64,000 nucleotides of DNA. Source: Octopus vulgaris (Eukaryota). Of the stretch, positions 50,558 through 61,963 are shown piece after piece (position 1 is the stretch's first letter; each line of letters opens with the position of its first letter). The DNA lies in the NCBI GenBank assembly GCA_951406725.2, contig OX597828.1:15190001-15254000 (forward strand). Reading direction: 5' to 3'. The notes beneath the pieces were generated by a model. The model made no database searches and was not told the DNA's origin. It saw nothing but the letters and a program-made list of their open reading frames with translations. The position numbers and the translations under genes are program-made.

Positions 50558-50960
50558 CAGGGCTGGATTAAAACCCTTAGAGGCCCTAAGCACTTAAAAG
50601 ATTTTGATGTCGTCATATTTATGTAATTCAAAATATAAACAATAATAAACCATAAACTAAATTTTTATTTTTCAAAATGAAACAAAACTAACAGTAAGAT
50701 AGAAAATAATGTTTATTTTCGTACACTTTCAAGTTTTCTCTTACTTTTTTTAATAGCAAAGTATTTGATCAGATCCTCACTATGACACCATGAATACTTT
50801 GAAATTATATTTATGATCATATAAACCACTTTGAACATTATTTTAGCAAGGTTAAAGTGATTTCTTTTGTGCCCTAAACCATTTACCATTTCTGCGGTGC
50901 CTTCCTTCCCTTGATGCTCTCAGCATATGCCTATTTTGCTTAATGATTAATCCAGCACTG
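50558..50960. mobile_element. hAT-type MITE inserted in a SINE tRNA head
   Basis: TIR CAGGGCTGGATTAA / TTAATCCAGCACTG; perfect 8-bp TSD GGTTGTGG (50550-50557, 50961-50968). Confidence 0.9.
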
Positions 50961-51079
50961 GGTTGTGGGTTTGATTCCCAGACCCAACAGCTTGAACACT
51001 TCATTTCACTTTACTCCAGTCTACTCAGCTAAAAATGAGTGCCAGTAGTAACCATGGGTAAACTTTATATTGAACTGGG

Positions 51080-51388
51080 TTCATGTGAAAAAAGCATTCA
51101 AGTGAGGTCATTGCCAGTGCCGCAGGACTGGCTCCTGTGCAGGTGGCACATAATAAGCACCATTTGAGCGTGGCTGTTGCCAGTACCGCCTGACTGGCCC
51201 TCGTGCCGGTGGCATGTAAAAGCACCCACTACACTCTCGGAGTGGTTGGCGTTAGGAAGGGCATCCAGCTGTAGAAACTCTGCCAGATCAGATTGGAGCC
51301 AGGTGCAGCCACCTGGTTTGCCAGACCTCAGTCAAATCGTCCAATCCATGCTAGCATGGAAAGCGAATGTTAAACAATGATGATGATG
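51080..51388 (+). mobile_element. RTE-tail repeat ending in (GAT)n
   Basis: Closely similar to 32518-32778. Confidence 0.85.
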
Positions 51389-52868
51389 TTCCTATCTAAA
51401 GAGAACCTTCAATGAGAGCAATAACGATTGCCCAATATTTTAATATTAGCTACAGACAAGCTATAATGATGGTCATGTTGCTCCACTGGCCTCAACTTGC
51501 TGTTCTTACAATTGGGTATGTCTTTTTTGTTGAAGACCATTCAGCCATCTTGTGAGAATAAATCTTTTTTCAATCAGTCACAAAAAACTGGGATTCAAGC
51601 CAGTTTGGCTGCTCAGTTATTTTAGCATTTACTTACTTACATCCCAAGGAACAACACCATTTTCTCTCTCCACTTTGAGACATTAAATGTTTAGACTTTA
51701 AACTCCTCGTGGCAACTGAGCTTATTGAGCTCTCTCCTATAAACTAATTATTGCTGAATCAGACACTTATACAGACCATCACTAGTTTCCTTAGATTCAG
51801 GATTTTATCCGAGCTGGTCAAATACTATTTAGGAATTTAGAGAAACATTTTTCACTGTATATGCTTTTCTCATTATATATGCTCAAGAAAACTTGTCCTC
51901 CTTAGCAGAAATTTTAATGCCACCATCCCTGCTGAGGAGAATTGGTCGTGAAGAGCCCTGTGCCAGTGCCATGTAAAAAGTGTCCATGCCAGTGTTACAT
52001 AAAAAGCACCCAGCACACACTGTAAAATGGTTGGCATTAGGAAGGGCATCCAACCATAGAAACTACACCAAATCAGAATGGAACCTGGTGCAGCTCTCCT
52101 GCTTACCAGCTCTGGTCAAACCATCCAACCTGTGCCAGCATGGAAAATGGATATTAAAGGACGATGATGATGATGATGATGATGTTCTACATTTAGGCAT
52201 GATGGTTGTGCAGATATTTTAGCCATGAGATACAATGTGCCATTAAATATTATGAAATTTAAGAATGTTGAACTACCAATTACTCTTACTACAGCAATTT
52301 CATTTTAAGTAGCCTTGAACAAATCTCGTTATTTTGTTTGGTCCAGTTTGCTTGACTGATGAAGTAAAAAAAGAAACAAAAAAAAAACTTTCTCTCCAAG
52401 AAAAATATAGAGGATACAAGAAAAAAATTAAAAAATGTGAGCAATAAGTGAAATATGAACCAAAGCTCCCAATAGACATGTCCAAGCATTAATCAACTAA
52501 ACTGCTAGAACTCCCAATGTATTTAGCCTCAAAGATGTGTTCATATTTCATATGAGATCAGCTTTTATCTCATTCAATCCCCAAATCCAGCTATCTTAAT
52601 CCTGTGGTCCAATCTTTTTTGCCAGTCTGAGTTATTAGTGGGAGGCCAACCCTTATTTAGTCAAATTCTTATCACTGTCATTTTCACACACCCCTTTTTC
52701 TACTCTCTTATAATGTCTACTTGTAACTAATGTCTGCGTTAACTTTTAAAATATGCAAATATATATTTTTGATCAATGCTAACTTAATAGGGTAATTAAA
52801 TATATCTTTATTGAATAAAATATTTCGGAATACTATTGAAATTTAATAAAAAAAAAAAAGTGGGGCAC

Positions 52869-52948
52869 CTCCTCCTCTTGATAATGAAGGTTCCATTTCC
52901 ATTGAATGACAGCTTGCTTTCTTTTCCAAAATTCTAAAAATAATGTAC
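52869..52948 (-). CDS. ANO: Anoctamin exon D (TLFLEFWKRKQAVIQWKWNLHYQEEE)
   Basis: ctttcag acceptor, GAG/gtgccc donor (weak), 80 nt, phase 1 to 0; FLEFWKR motif. Confidence 0.92.
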
Positions 52949-53214
52949 CTGAAAGAATAGTCAATTGAAAAAATATCAAAACAAGGGAAGCCAGAGGTAA
53001 CCAAGAGAAATTTTAGCTGGAGAAGAACAGTTATGGAAAGAAACTGTATTGAAGAAGAATTCAGGTGATTATATTTATATGATGCTGAAAAACAAGTCAA
53101 GAGATGGGAGAATATATCTAGTTATTATATATATGGAAATGACACAACTTTTAGATGGCACAGTTGACCTAGATGGATAAATAACTAAACAGGATCTTCA
53201 AGGAAAGAGCAATT

Positions 53215-54252
53215 TACTGCAGCAGACAACAGCCTACTGCAGCAGACAACAACCTACTGCAGCAGACAACAGCCTACTGCAGCAGACAACAACCTACTGC
53301 AGCAGACAACAGCTTAGTGCAGTAGACAACAACCTACTGCAGCAGACAACAGCTTACTGCAGCAGACAACAGCCTACTGCAGCAGACAACAGCCTACTGC
53401 AGCAGACAACAGCTTACTGCAGTAGACGACAGCCTACTGCAGCAGACAACAGTCTACTGCAGCAGACAACAGCTTACTGCAGCAGACAACAGTCTACTGC
53501 AGCAGATAACAGCCTAGTGCAGTAGACAACAGCCTACTGCAGCAGACAGCAGCCTACTGCAGCAGACAACAGCCTACTGCAGCAGACAACAGCCTACTGC
53601 AGTAGACAAAAACCTACTGCAGCAGACAGCAGCCTACTGCAGCAGACAGCAGCCTACTGCAGTAGACGACAGCCTAATGAAGCAGACAGCAGCCTACTGC
53701 AGCAGACAACAGTCTACTGCAGCAGACAACAGCCTACTGCAGCAGACAACAGCCTACTGCAGCAGACAACAGTCTACTGCAGCAGACAACAGCTTAGTGC
53801 AGTAGACAACAGCCTACTGCAGCAGACAGCAGCCTACTGCAGCAGACAACAGCCTACTGCAGCAGACAACAGCCTACTGCAGTAGACAACAACCTACTGC
53901 AGCAGACAGCAGCCTACTACAGCAGACAACAGCCTACTGCAGCAGACAACAGCCTACTGCAGCAGACAACAGCCTACTGCAGTAGACAAAAACCTACTGC
54001 AGCAGACAGCAGCCTACTGCAGCAGACAACAGCCTACTGCAGCAGACAGCAGCCTACTGCAGCAGACAACAGCCTACTGCAGCAGACAACAGCCTACTGC
54101 AGCAGACAACAACCTACTGCAGCAGACAACAACCTACTGCAGCAGACAACAGCCTACTACAACAGACAAAAGATTATTGCAGAAAACAACAGTCTACAGG
54201 AGTACACAACAGCCTACTGCAGTAAGCAACAGTTTACTGCAGTAGACAACAG
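53215..54252. repeat. 20-bp minisatellite (CTACTGCAGCAGACAACAGC) ~52 copies
   Basis: Exact 20-nt period visible in register for about 1 kb; degenerates at the right end. Confidence 0.98.
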
Positions 54253-55035
54253 CAGCAGTACATATGTGAAATAATGATTCTTAACATAAGTTGAAGCCCG
54301 CTCTAATTTTTAAAAATATATTTTGAGTGTGTGCTTATGTGTGGAGTATATTGAAATAAATCAACTCCAGTGTCCAGCTGGTACTTCAGCAACCTAGAAG
54401 GATGACCTTGACAGGGTTTGAACTGAGAACGTAAGAGAACATATAAAAAATATATTTTGTTCAGTGCTCTACTGATTATGCTAATGACTGACCAAAATAT
54501 CACTGATGATGAATGCCATGTTACTTTATAGCACTGAGTTCAATCCCTCTCTGCATTCAGAGAAAATAAAATATGACTGTCTCTTTGCCATTCACTCAAT
54601 CTACCTTGTTTTTTATTGGATCCAGTCCCAAGTTCTCATTGCAGGTTGCATATTATGGCTAAGATGCTATACAGACCCATTCTATGTTAAGTTTAACCTG
54701 TACTAATAGCTAGCACCAGTTAGATATTTTGCATAACAATGACAAAGGAATCTCTGTTGGTTCTATAGCGAAGGGATGTCAACTTATCACTTTCATGCTT
54801 CATAGGAAATCAACATTGTTGTTGGCAGTGACATTTTAACGAACACTTTTCTATACTTGAAAGGGTCACACAGAGATTTAGCGAGAAAGATTTTTTTCAC
54901 TGCTGGAAGACCTTTCATACCAATACTTACTTGTTTCAAAGCAAGGCAGTATTTCCCCATGGAATATTGGATATGAATGATATTCATTTACAACATACAC
55001 ACTAAACACAGACACGCATATATATATATATATAT

Positions 55036-55196
55036 AGGCATAGGAGTGGCTGTGTAGTAAGTAGCTTGCTTACCAACCACATGGTTCCAGGTTCAGTCCC
55101 ACTGCATGGCACCTTGGGCAAGTGTCTTCTACTATAGCCTCAGGCCAACCAAAGCCTTGTGAGTGGATTTGGTAGACGGAAACTGAAAGAAGCCCG

Positions 55197-55240
<44 letters not shown>

Positions 55241-55470
55241 ATGTATGTGTGTTTATAAGTTTGTGTGTCTGTGTTTGTCCCCCACAACATCACTTGACAA
55301 CTGATGCTGGTGTGTTTACATCGCCATAACTTAGTGGTTTGGCAAAAGAGACCGATAGAATAAGTACTAGGCTTACAAAGAATAAGTCTTGGGGTCGATT
55401 TGTTTGACTAAAAGGTGGTGCTCCAGGATGGCCACACTCAAATGACTGAAACAAGTAAAAGAGTAAAGAG
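55036..55470 (+). mobile_element. SINE family 1
   Basis: Full-length match to 48956-49447; an inverted head follows at ~55476-55625. Confidence 0.9.
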
Positions 55471-55690
55471 AATATAACAGGCTTCTTTCAGTTTCCACCT
55501 CATAAGTTCACCCACAAGGCCTGATACAATGGTAGAAGACATTTCGTCAAGTAACCAAGCAGTGGGACAGAACCTGAAACCATGTGGTTGGGAAGGAAAC
55601 TTCTTAACCATACAACCATTCCTGCAACACAATTTTTTTTAAAATATACTTTTAGAAATAAAAATATAGTTTTCAATCATTAAAACTTAC

Positions 55691-55848
55691 CCCAGAAAGA
55701 CATGAAAATTGCAAAAAATACAGTTGCTCCGTTGTCTACAATAGCACTGACCCTAGAATGGGAGCAAGCTTCAGAGAGATTCCAATATGGACATCGATGA
55801 TCACATAGAGGGCACATAGTGATGTTAGTGCTTTGACAGATTTCATTA
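55691..55848 (-). CDS. ANO: Anoctamin exon C ([22 protein letters not shown]...FFAIFMSFW; extracellular Cys loop and TM2)
   Basis: ttttccag acceptor, G/gtaagt donor, 158 nt, phase 2 to 1. Confidence 0.97.
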
Positions 55849-55931
55849 CTGGAAAAAAATAAACAAAAATAAATCAATCAATTATGATTGACATGTTTAG
55901 TTATTTAATAAAATGTCAAGATTTCAAACTA

Positions 55932-56453
55932 CCATAAATCCTCGAGTATAGTCCGCCCTTGAGTATAATATGCAGGGGATTCTTAGGGGGCTGTACCTCT
56001 GAAAAACCTAAACCTTGTGTATAATACGCACCTCTTCTCTAACTTGAGTCGTGTGTAATTAAGCCAGCAGCACCAAGTCGAACAAACATTTCCATTCATG
56101 CATAATACAATAATAGTGATGTTCTTAACTGTTATATGGGAATGTAAAAATGTTTGCAAATTGTTTTTGTTACATGTTATTCTGTGTTCTGAATACTTTT
56201 ATTTTAATAAATGTTGCTTACTGCAAGTTATGGATGATTCTTTTATGACTTCATTGCTTTCAGGCTTAGCTTAAGGTATTTTCACGCCCGGCATCACAAA
56301 ATGCGTCTGAATAAACATTGCCGGACAGCAAATAGAGACTCGGACATTGCTTAGAAAATATTTTTCATTTTTAACCTCGTATATAATATGCACTAGGGAT
56401 TTTGACCTTTAAATTTGGGGGAAAAAATCAGGATTATACTTGAGGATTTACGG
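55932..56453 (-). mobile_element. Tc1/mariner-pogo-type MITE, copy 3 (inverted, different middle)
   Basis: Both ends reverse-complement to copies 1 and 2. Confidence 0.85.
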
Positions 56454-57179
56454 CAATCAAAAAAGAGAAAACTTAAGATTTTAATAAATAATCAATTGAT
56501 AAAATAAAAGACGTTCACATTAAGTTGCATATAAAGATCACCCTTCTGTCATTAATAATTAAAATATAGTTAATTTTTTATGTAAATTTTACTAAGAGCA
56601 GACATTAAGTTTTTAAGAAGAAAATTCAGAGAATACAGTTAAATATATACATATTTGAACGATTATAAAATATTTTTCATTTTGAGCAAAATGAATGGCA
56701 ATTAGATATTTTAGAAATATTATTTTTTCAATTAAATCTTTTCTGATTTGTTTTGATATAGCACCGAGTAAACATATCCGTTTTGATTATCTCCTTTTAT
56801 ATGTAGTAACTGTGCATGCAATCTAAGCACTCTAGTTTCCCCTTTTTAATCTCACTGTGTTTTGTAATTCCCAATAGGAGAAATGTAGCTTTTATAAAAA
56901 CTGACTGTATAGGACAGTGATTCTTAATTGGGATCTATATGGTCCCCGAGGGCCCATATAAAATTGAGGGGGGGGTGCAACAAAATAGTAAATTGAGGAT
57001 CCACAATAGTACTTTAAGGGGGACCCTGAAAATATTTTGCTTTAGATGTATGTATTGAGATGTATTGCAAGAAACAGCCAGGTTTCTTTCTCAAATATTT
57101 TACATAGTTCCAGCTACACGAGCTAATGTGTGAAAAGCAAAATAGGAATTTTGAAAGAAAGCATCCATAAGACTAGTTT

Positions 57180-57407
57180 TTAACCCTTTCGTTACCAACC
57201 CAGCTGAAACCGGCTCTGGATCTGAGTATAAATGTCATGTTTTCATAAATTTTGAACTAAAATCTTCCACCAAACCTTAGTCACAATTTATGTTCCTAAC
57301 ACTAGCTGAATGATAATTAAGTTATTTTACTAAATTCTTTGTTATATTTAAAGTAATTAAAAGAAACACAGAGCATCTCAAAATAAATACAGTAACAAAA
57401 GGGTTAA
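57180..57407 (+). mobile_element. piggyBac-type MITE, copy 1
   Basis: TTAA-CCCTTTCGTTAC ... GTAACAAAAGGG-TTAA. Confidence 0.88.
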
Positions 57408-57447
57408 ATGATAGTCAATAGAATTAAAGAGTCACCTAGTTACGTGT

Positions 57448-57675
57448 TTAACCCTTTTATTACCAACCCGGCTGAAACTGGCTCTGGCTCAGAGTACAAG
57501 TGTCTTGTTTTCATAAGTTTTGAATTAAAATCTTCCACCAAACCTTAGTCACAATCTATGTTCCTAACACTAACTGAATGATAATGAAGTTATTTTACTA
57601 AATTCTTTGTTATATTTAAAGTAATTGAAACAAACATAGAGCATCTCAAAATAAATACAGTAATGAAAGGGTTAA
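57448..57675 (+). mobile_element. piggyBac-type MITE, copy 2
   Basis: TTAA-CCCTTTTATTAC ... GTAATGAAAGGG-TTAA; closely similar to copy 1. Confidence 0.88.
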
Positions 57676-58229
57676 ATACTGAATGGCTATGGGGGTCCAC
57701 CAGAATAAAATAGTAATCAAAGGGGCCCATAGATAAAAAAAAATGGTTGAGAACCTCTGGTCTAGGAAATGAGTATACTGAAATAAACCCATCCTAATGC
57801 AAAATGACACTTTCCAATTTTCTTACAGCAGCAAAAAGGCTCCTTAAACTATGATCAAGGCAACCTGTTTCAGAGAGAGGCTTCTCCAAAATAAAAATTT
57901 GTATACAACAGAAAAGCTGTTGGTCCTATGAGACAACTTCTCTACTGCTGCTGTTGTAATACACACACCTATTGGAGCTGTTTCTCCTCTTTCTCTATCT
58001 GTCTGTCTCAAATCTCCCTCTCTCTGTTTGTCTTTTTTCTGTCTCTCTGTTTCTCTCTCTATCTGTCTCTCTCTTAGTAGCTGGTGATAAGGAAGACATC
58101 CAGATAAATGAAATATGCAGAACAAAGAATTCATGTCTGTTATTGACATGTCCAACTTACACCAGCTTAGAGCCAAAGAAGCATTTATATGGTTACTTGA
58201 TCTGACCTCATGTTATTTTCAGTAGTTTT

Positions 58230-58630
58230 ATATGGGCTACAATGCGTCAGCTGGACTTCTGTTGCACTACAGAAACTGGAAGTCTTTCAGGATCATGTAA
58301 TGCAATTTATTACTAACACCAAACTTTCAGACCATATAACGAAATTACCATCAATCATCCGTGTCATCAAAAAATAAATTACTCAGGCTGTTTGGCCACA
58401 CTATGAAAATAGTTTGTGGCATCAGCAAGATCTGTTTAGAAGGTATGGTTAATGGAAAGGGAAACAGAGGTTGGCAACCTAAGAGCTGGAGAGATAACAT
58501 CATAGCATGGACAGGGTTTGATATAGTTTCCCTGAATGCTCTTGCCAAAGAACGAATACTAAACAGGCAACTATCTCATGTTGGTGTGCATTCTGCTGCA
58601 GACAGAGATAGCAAGAAATAATGATGATGA
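58230..58630 (+). mobile_element. RTE-clade LINE 3' remnant
   Basis: LRLFGHTM...LEGMVNGKGNRGWQPKSWRDNI..WTG, ends in (GAT)n. Confidence 0.7.
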
Positions 58631-58945
58631 CCTGACCTGCTAGAAAAAGCAGTAAAATATCCCACATACTGTACCATTTAGTTGTAAAAAGGAGAGGCAT
58701 GCTTGACGATGTAGTTATTGATATACTAAAAGAAGGGATGGCCATGGTTGCAATATCTTTGAAACAGGTTTGTAAAGGTAATGAACTGGTAGTGTTACTA
58801 AAGCATTGGATAGAAAGTCTTATAGTATTTGTTGTGGCTTTCTGTGATCTGAGTTCAAATCCTACCAAGGGATGACTTTGCCTTACACCCTTTCAGAATT
58901 GTTAAATACTATTTGAGTACTGGAGCTATTTCTCCTCTTTCTCTA

Positions 58946-58979
<34 letters not shown>

Positions 58980-59317
58980 CACACACACAATCTGTCTCTG
59001 TTTCTGTGTCTCTCTTTGACTCTGTCAGTTGGGCTGTCTGTTTGTCTCACTCTGAATGAGCTAATTTAAAGCGTCCAAAGAGGGAGTGTTCAGACAGCAG
59101 CCCAACCAATCCTTCTGCCACCAGTCGGTGAACTTACAAAGTAAAGAAATAGGTCTGTTCAGTCAGAGCTTACTCAGGGCTAAACAACAAAAACAATAAC
59201 AAAACATTATAACAAGATGACGATAATAATGATAATGGTGATGACAACGATGATTATACAAAGCCAATACAATTCATTAACAAGAACAAAAATTCAAGAA
59301 AACGAAGGTACTTTTAC

Positions 59318-59452
59318 CTGACATAATTATCTCTCATAATGATTAATCCGTAGATCGTTATACCAAAACCAACAATTGCAGCTGGAATCAACATGAGGGT
59401 GTAAAATCCAAGCCAGGCAAAATAAATTCCTACCTTCTCACCAAAATATTCT
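59318..59452 (-). CDS. ANO: Anoctamin exon B (EYFGEKVGIYFAWLGFYTLMLIPAAIVG...; TM1)
   Basis: gttttcag acceptor, AG/gtaaaa donor, 135 nt, phase 2 to 2. Confidence 0.97.
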
Positions 59453-59547
59453 CTGAAAACAGAAACGGTATATTATTTTAAAAAAAGCTTTTGATAAGGC
59501 AAAAAACAAACAAACAAAGCTAATAATGATGGTTTCAATTAAATTGT

Positions 59548-59900
59548 TATCTTTTATTTGTTTCAGTCATTAGACTGTGACCATGCTGGGGCACAGCCTT
59601 GAAGAATTTTTTTAGCTCAACGAATTGACCCTAATACATTTTTTTTTATCAAAGCCTGGGACTTACACTATCAGTTTCTTTTTGCTGAACCATCAAGTTA
59701 CGGGATGTGTGATAAACACAAACACAAAGACACACATACATACAATGGGCTTCCACACAGTTTCCATTGACCAAATTTACTCACAAAACATTGGTCAGCC
59801 AAGGGCTATAGTGGAAGACACTTGCCTAAAGTGCCACACAGTGGGATTGAACATGAAACCATATGGTTGCAAAGCAAGCTTCTTGACCACATGGCCATGC
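59548..59900 (-). mobile_element. SINE family 1 (older)
   Basis: Reverse-complement copy. Confidence 0.8.
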
Positions 59901-60216
59901 TATGTATACATGTGCATACATGAGTATGTGGAGATGTAGCACTTCAAGGTCATCAGAGTTTGAACCATCTGGCAGCCCTCTAATTCTTTTCAGGAACAGT
60001 ATACCATGGACTACATTGGCGAATTTGCCCTTTTGTTTTTTGCAAGATGGTAGTATGTGGTTTAGTGGTAATTTGGTTGCTATTTCCAGCAGGTTTACTG
60101 ACCTCATAGAGACTTCCTCACTGACTCAAGTCATAAAATTATATTGTTGTAAAGTGTAGGTTTTTTTCTTCTACCAAATGGTAGTCGTTTTGTGAATATT
60201 CTATGCTAAATTTATC

Positions 60217-60445
60217 TTAACCGGTTAGAGTTCAGACTACTCTCTCAAATGTAATGCTTATTTATTCACATAGTTTTGAGTTAATCATGTTTTATCTTGT
60301 AGCTTTAAAATTTTGACGATGTCATAATTTATTTTTAGAATAATATTGTAGGGTAAGTGTGAGAGGTAAGCTCTGGCCAGTTTGGATATAAAGCAAGCAG
60401 AATATTTGGAACGCTTATGGCCAGTTTAAATGCTAAAGAGTTGAA
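60217..60445 (+). mobile_element. Second piggyBac-type MITE family (other pieces ~13918-14601 inverted, ~22070-22285, ~37354-37416)
   Basis: Shared TGTAATGCTTATTTATTCACAT and GTTTAAATGCTAAAG(G/A)GTT end; TTAA termini in best copies. Confidence 0.7.
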
Positions 60446-60814
60446 ATATCTGTTAACATAACTTCAGTTCAGATTTCAAAACTTACTTTATTCACATGGT
60501 TTTAATGGTTAAAATGTCAGAAAAAGGCAGCAAGACTTACTTGAAGTTATGTTAACAAATATTTAAATGCTAAAGAGTTGAAATATCTGTTAACATAACT
60601 TCAGTTCAGATTTCAAAACTTACTTTATTCACATGGTTTTAATGGTTAAAATGTCAGAAAAGGCAGCAAGACTTACTTGAAGTTATGTTAACAAATATTT
60701 AAATGCTAAAGAGTTGAAATATCTGTTAACATAACTTCAGTTCAGATTTCAAAACTTACTTTATTCACATGGTTTTAATGGTTAATATGTCAGAAAAGGC
60801 AGCAAGACTTACTT
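60425..60814. repeat. Tandem repeat, ~136-137 bp x ~2.8, overlapping the exon A donor
   Basis: Units start 60425, 60562, 60698; near identical. Confidence 0.96.
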
Positions 60815-60916
60815 TATGTAGTGCAATGGTTGAAATTTGAGAAACTGACTCCAATGCCCCCAGTTGTCATACAGATCTTTTCGAATATTAGGTTTTGTCT
60901 CTTTTTTCCAGTGGCC
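60813..60916 (-). CDS. ANO: Anoctamin exon A (GHWKKETKPNIRKDLYDNWGHWSQFLKFQPLHYI)
   Basis: ttgttccag acceptor, AA/gtaagt donor, 104 nt, phase 0 to 2; QPL..I motif preceding TM1. Confidence 0.93.
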
Positions 60917-60982
60917 CTGGAACAAAATGTACATACATTTTAAATGGTGAACATATAAAGTTAAATTTACAAAATATGATAA

Positions 60983-61512
60983 AGTAATCTTGATCTCCAA
61001 CTTAATGTTGAGGTTGTGTTAGAACATAGAAAACTGTGTTATCTATCTTGATTTCCTCAAGGTTATTATGCAGTGGAGGCACATGATTTAGTGGTTAAGG
61101 TGTTGGACTCATGATCGTAACATTGTGGTTTCAATTCTTGGACCAGGCGATGCATTGTGTTCTTGAGCAAAACACTTCATTTCACGTTGCTCTAGTCCAC
61201 TCAGCTGTAGAAATGAATACCACTAGTACCTTAGTGGTTAGGGTGTTGGATTCACAACTGTAAGCTTGTGGTTTTGATCTCTGGACTGGACAATCCATTG
61301 TGTTCTTGAGTAAAACACTTCATTTCATGTTGCTCCAGTCCACTCAGCAGTAGAAATGAGTTGAGCCCGGAGAGGAATGGGCTCCGCCAGGCTTTCTCAG
61401 CCAAGATATGCTGCATAGCTGCAGTGCCCCAATGACCCCGAAGGGGTTAAGGGACTTGTTAACTTGTCAAATAACACAGTATCCATGTTAAGTTGGAGAT
61501 CAAGATTACCTT
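60983..61512. mobile_element. Inverted-repeat element containing two nested SINE heads (~61074-61360)
   Basis: GTAATCTTGATCTCCAACTTAA vs TTAAGTTGGAGATCAAGATTAC; ACTGTGTTAT vs ATAACACAGT. Confidence 0.6.
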
Positions 61513-61544
61513 TTGGTATAAATATTGCTTCTGTTGCTCTCTCT

Positions 61545-61963
61545 CTTACTCTTTTTCACTCTTTTGTTTCAGTCATTTGACTGCAGCCATGCTGGAGCAC
61601 TGCCTTTAGCCAAGAAGATCAACCCCAGGACTTATTCTTTGGAAGCCTAGTACTTATTCTATTGGTCTCTTTTGCCGAACTACTAAGTTACTGGGATGCA
61701 AACACACCACCATCGGCTGTCAAGCGATGTTGGGGGGACTAACACAGACACACAAACATACACACACACATATATATATATATATATCTATATACACATA
61801 TATGCAATGGGCTTCTTTCAGTTTCTGTCTACCAAATCCACTCACAAGGCTTTGGTCGGCCCAAGGCTATAGTAGAAGACACTTGCCCAAGGTGCCACGC
61901 AGTTGGACTGAACCCAGAACCATGTGGTTGGTAGGCAAGCTACTTACCACACAGCCACTCCTG
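61545..61963 (-). mobile_element. SINE family 1
   Basis: Full-length reverse-complement copy. Confidence 0.9.

Larger units (their letters stand above)
56915..57759. mobile_element. hAT-type MITE with nested piggyBac-type MITE pair
   Basis: CAGTGATTCTTAA ... TTGAGAACCTCTG; TSD GTATAGGA / GTCTAGGA. Confidence 0.78.

Noticed and set aside
53215-54252. CRISPR-like or coding repeat
   Set aside because: No unique spacers, eukaryotic intron context, and TAG stops rotate through frames with a 20-nt period.
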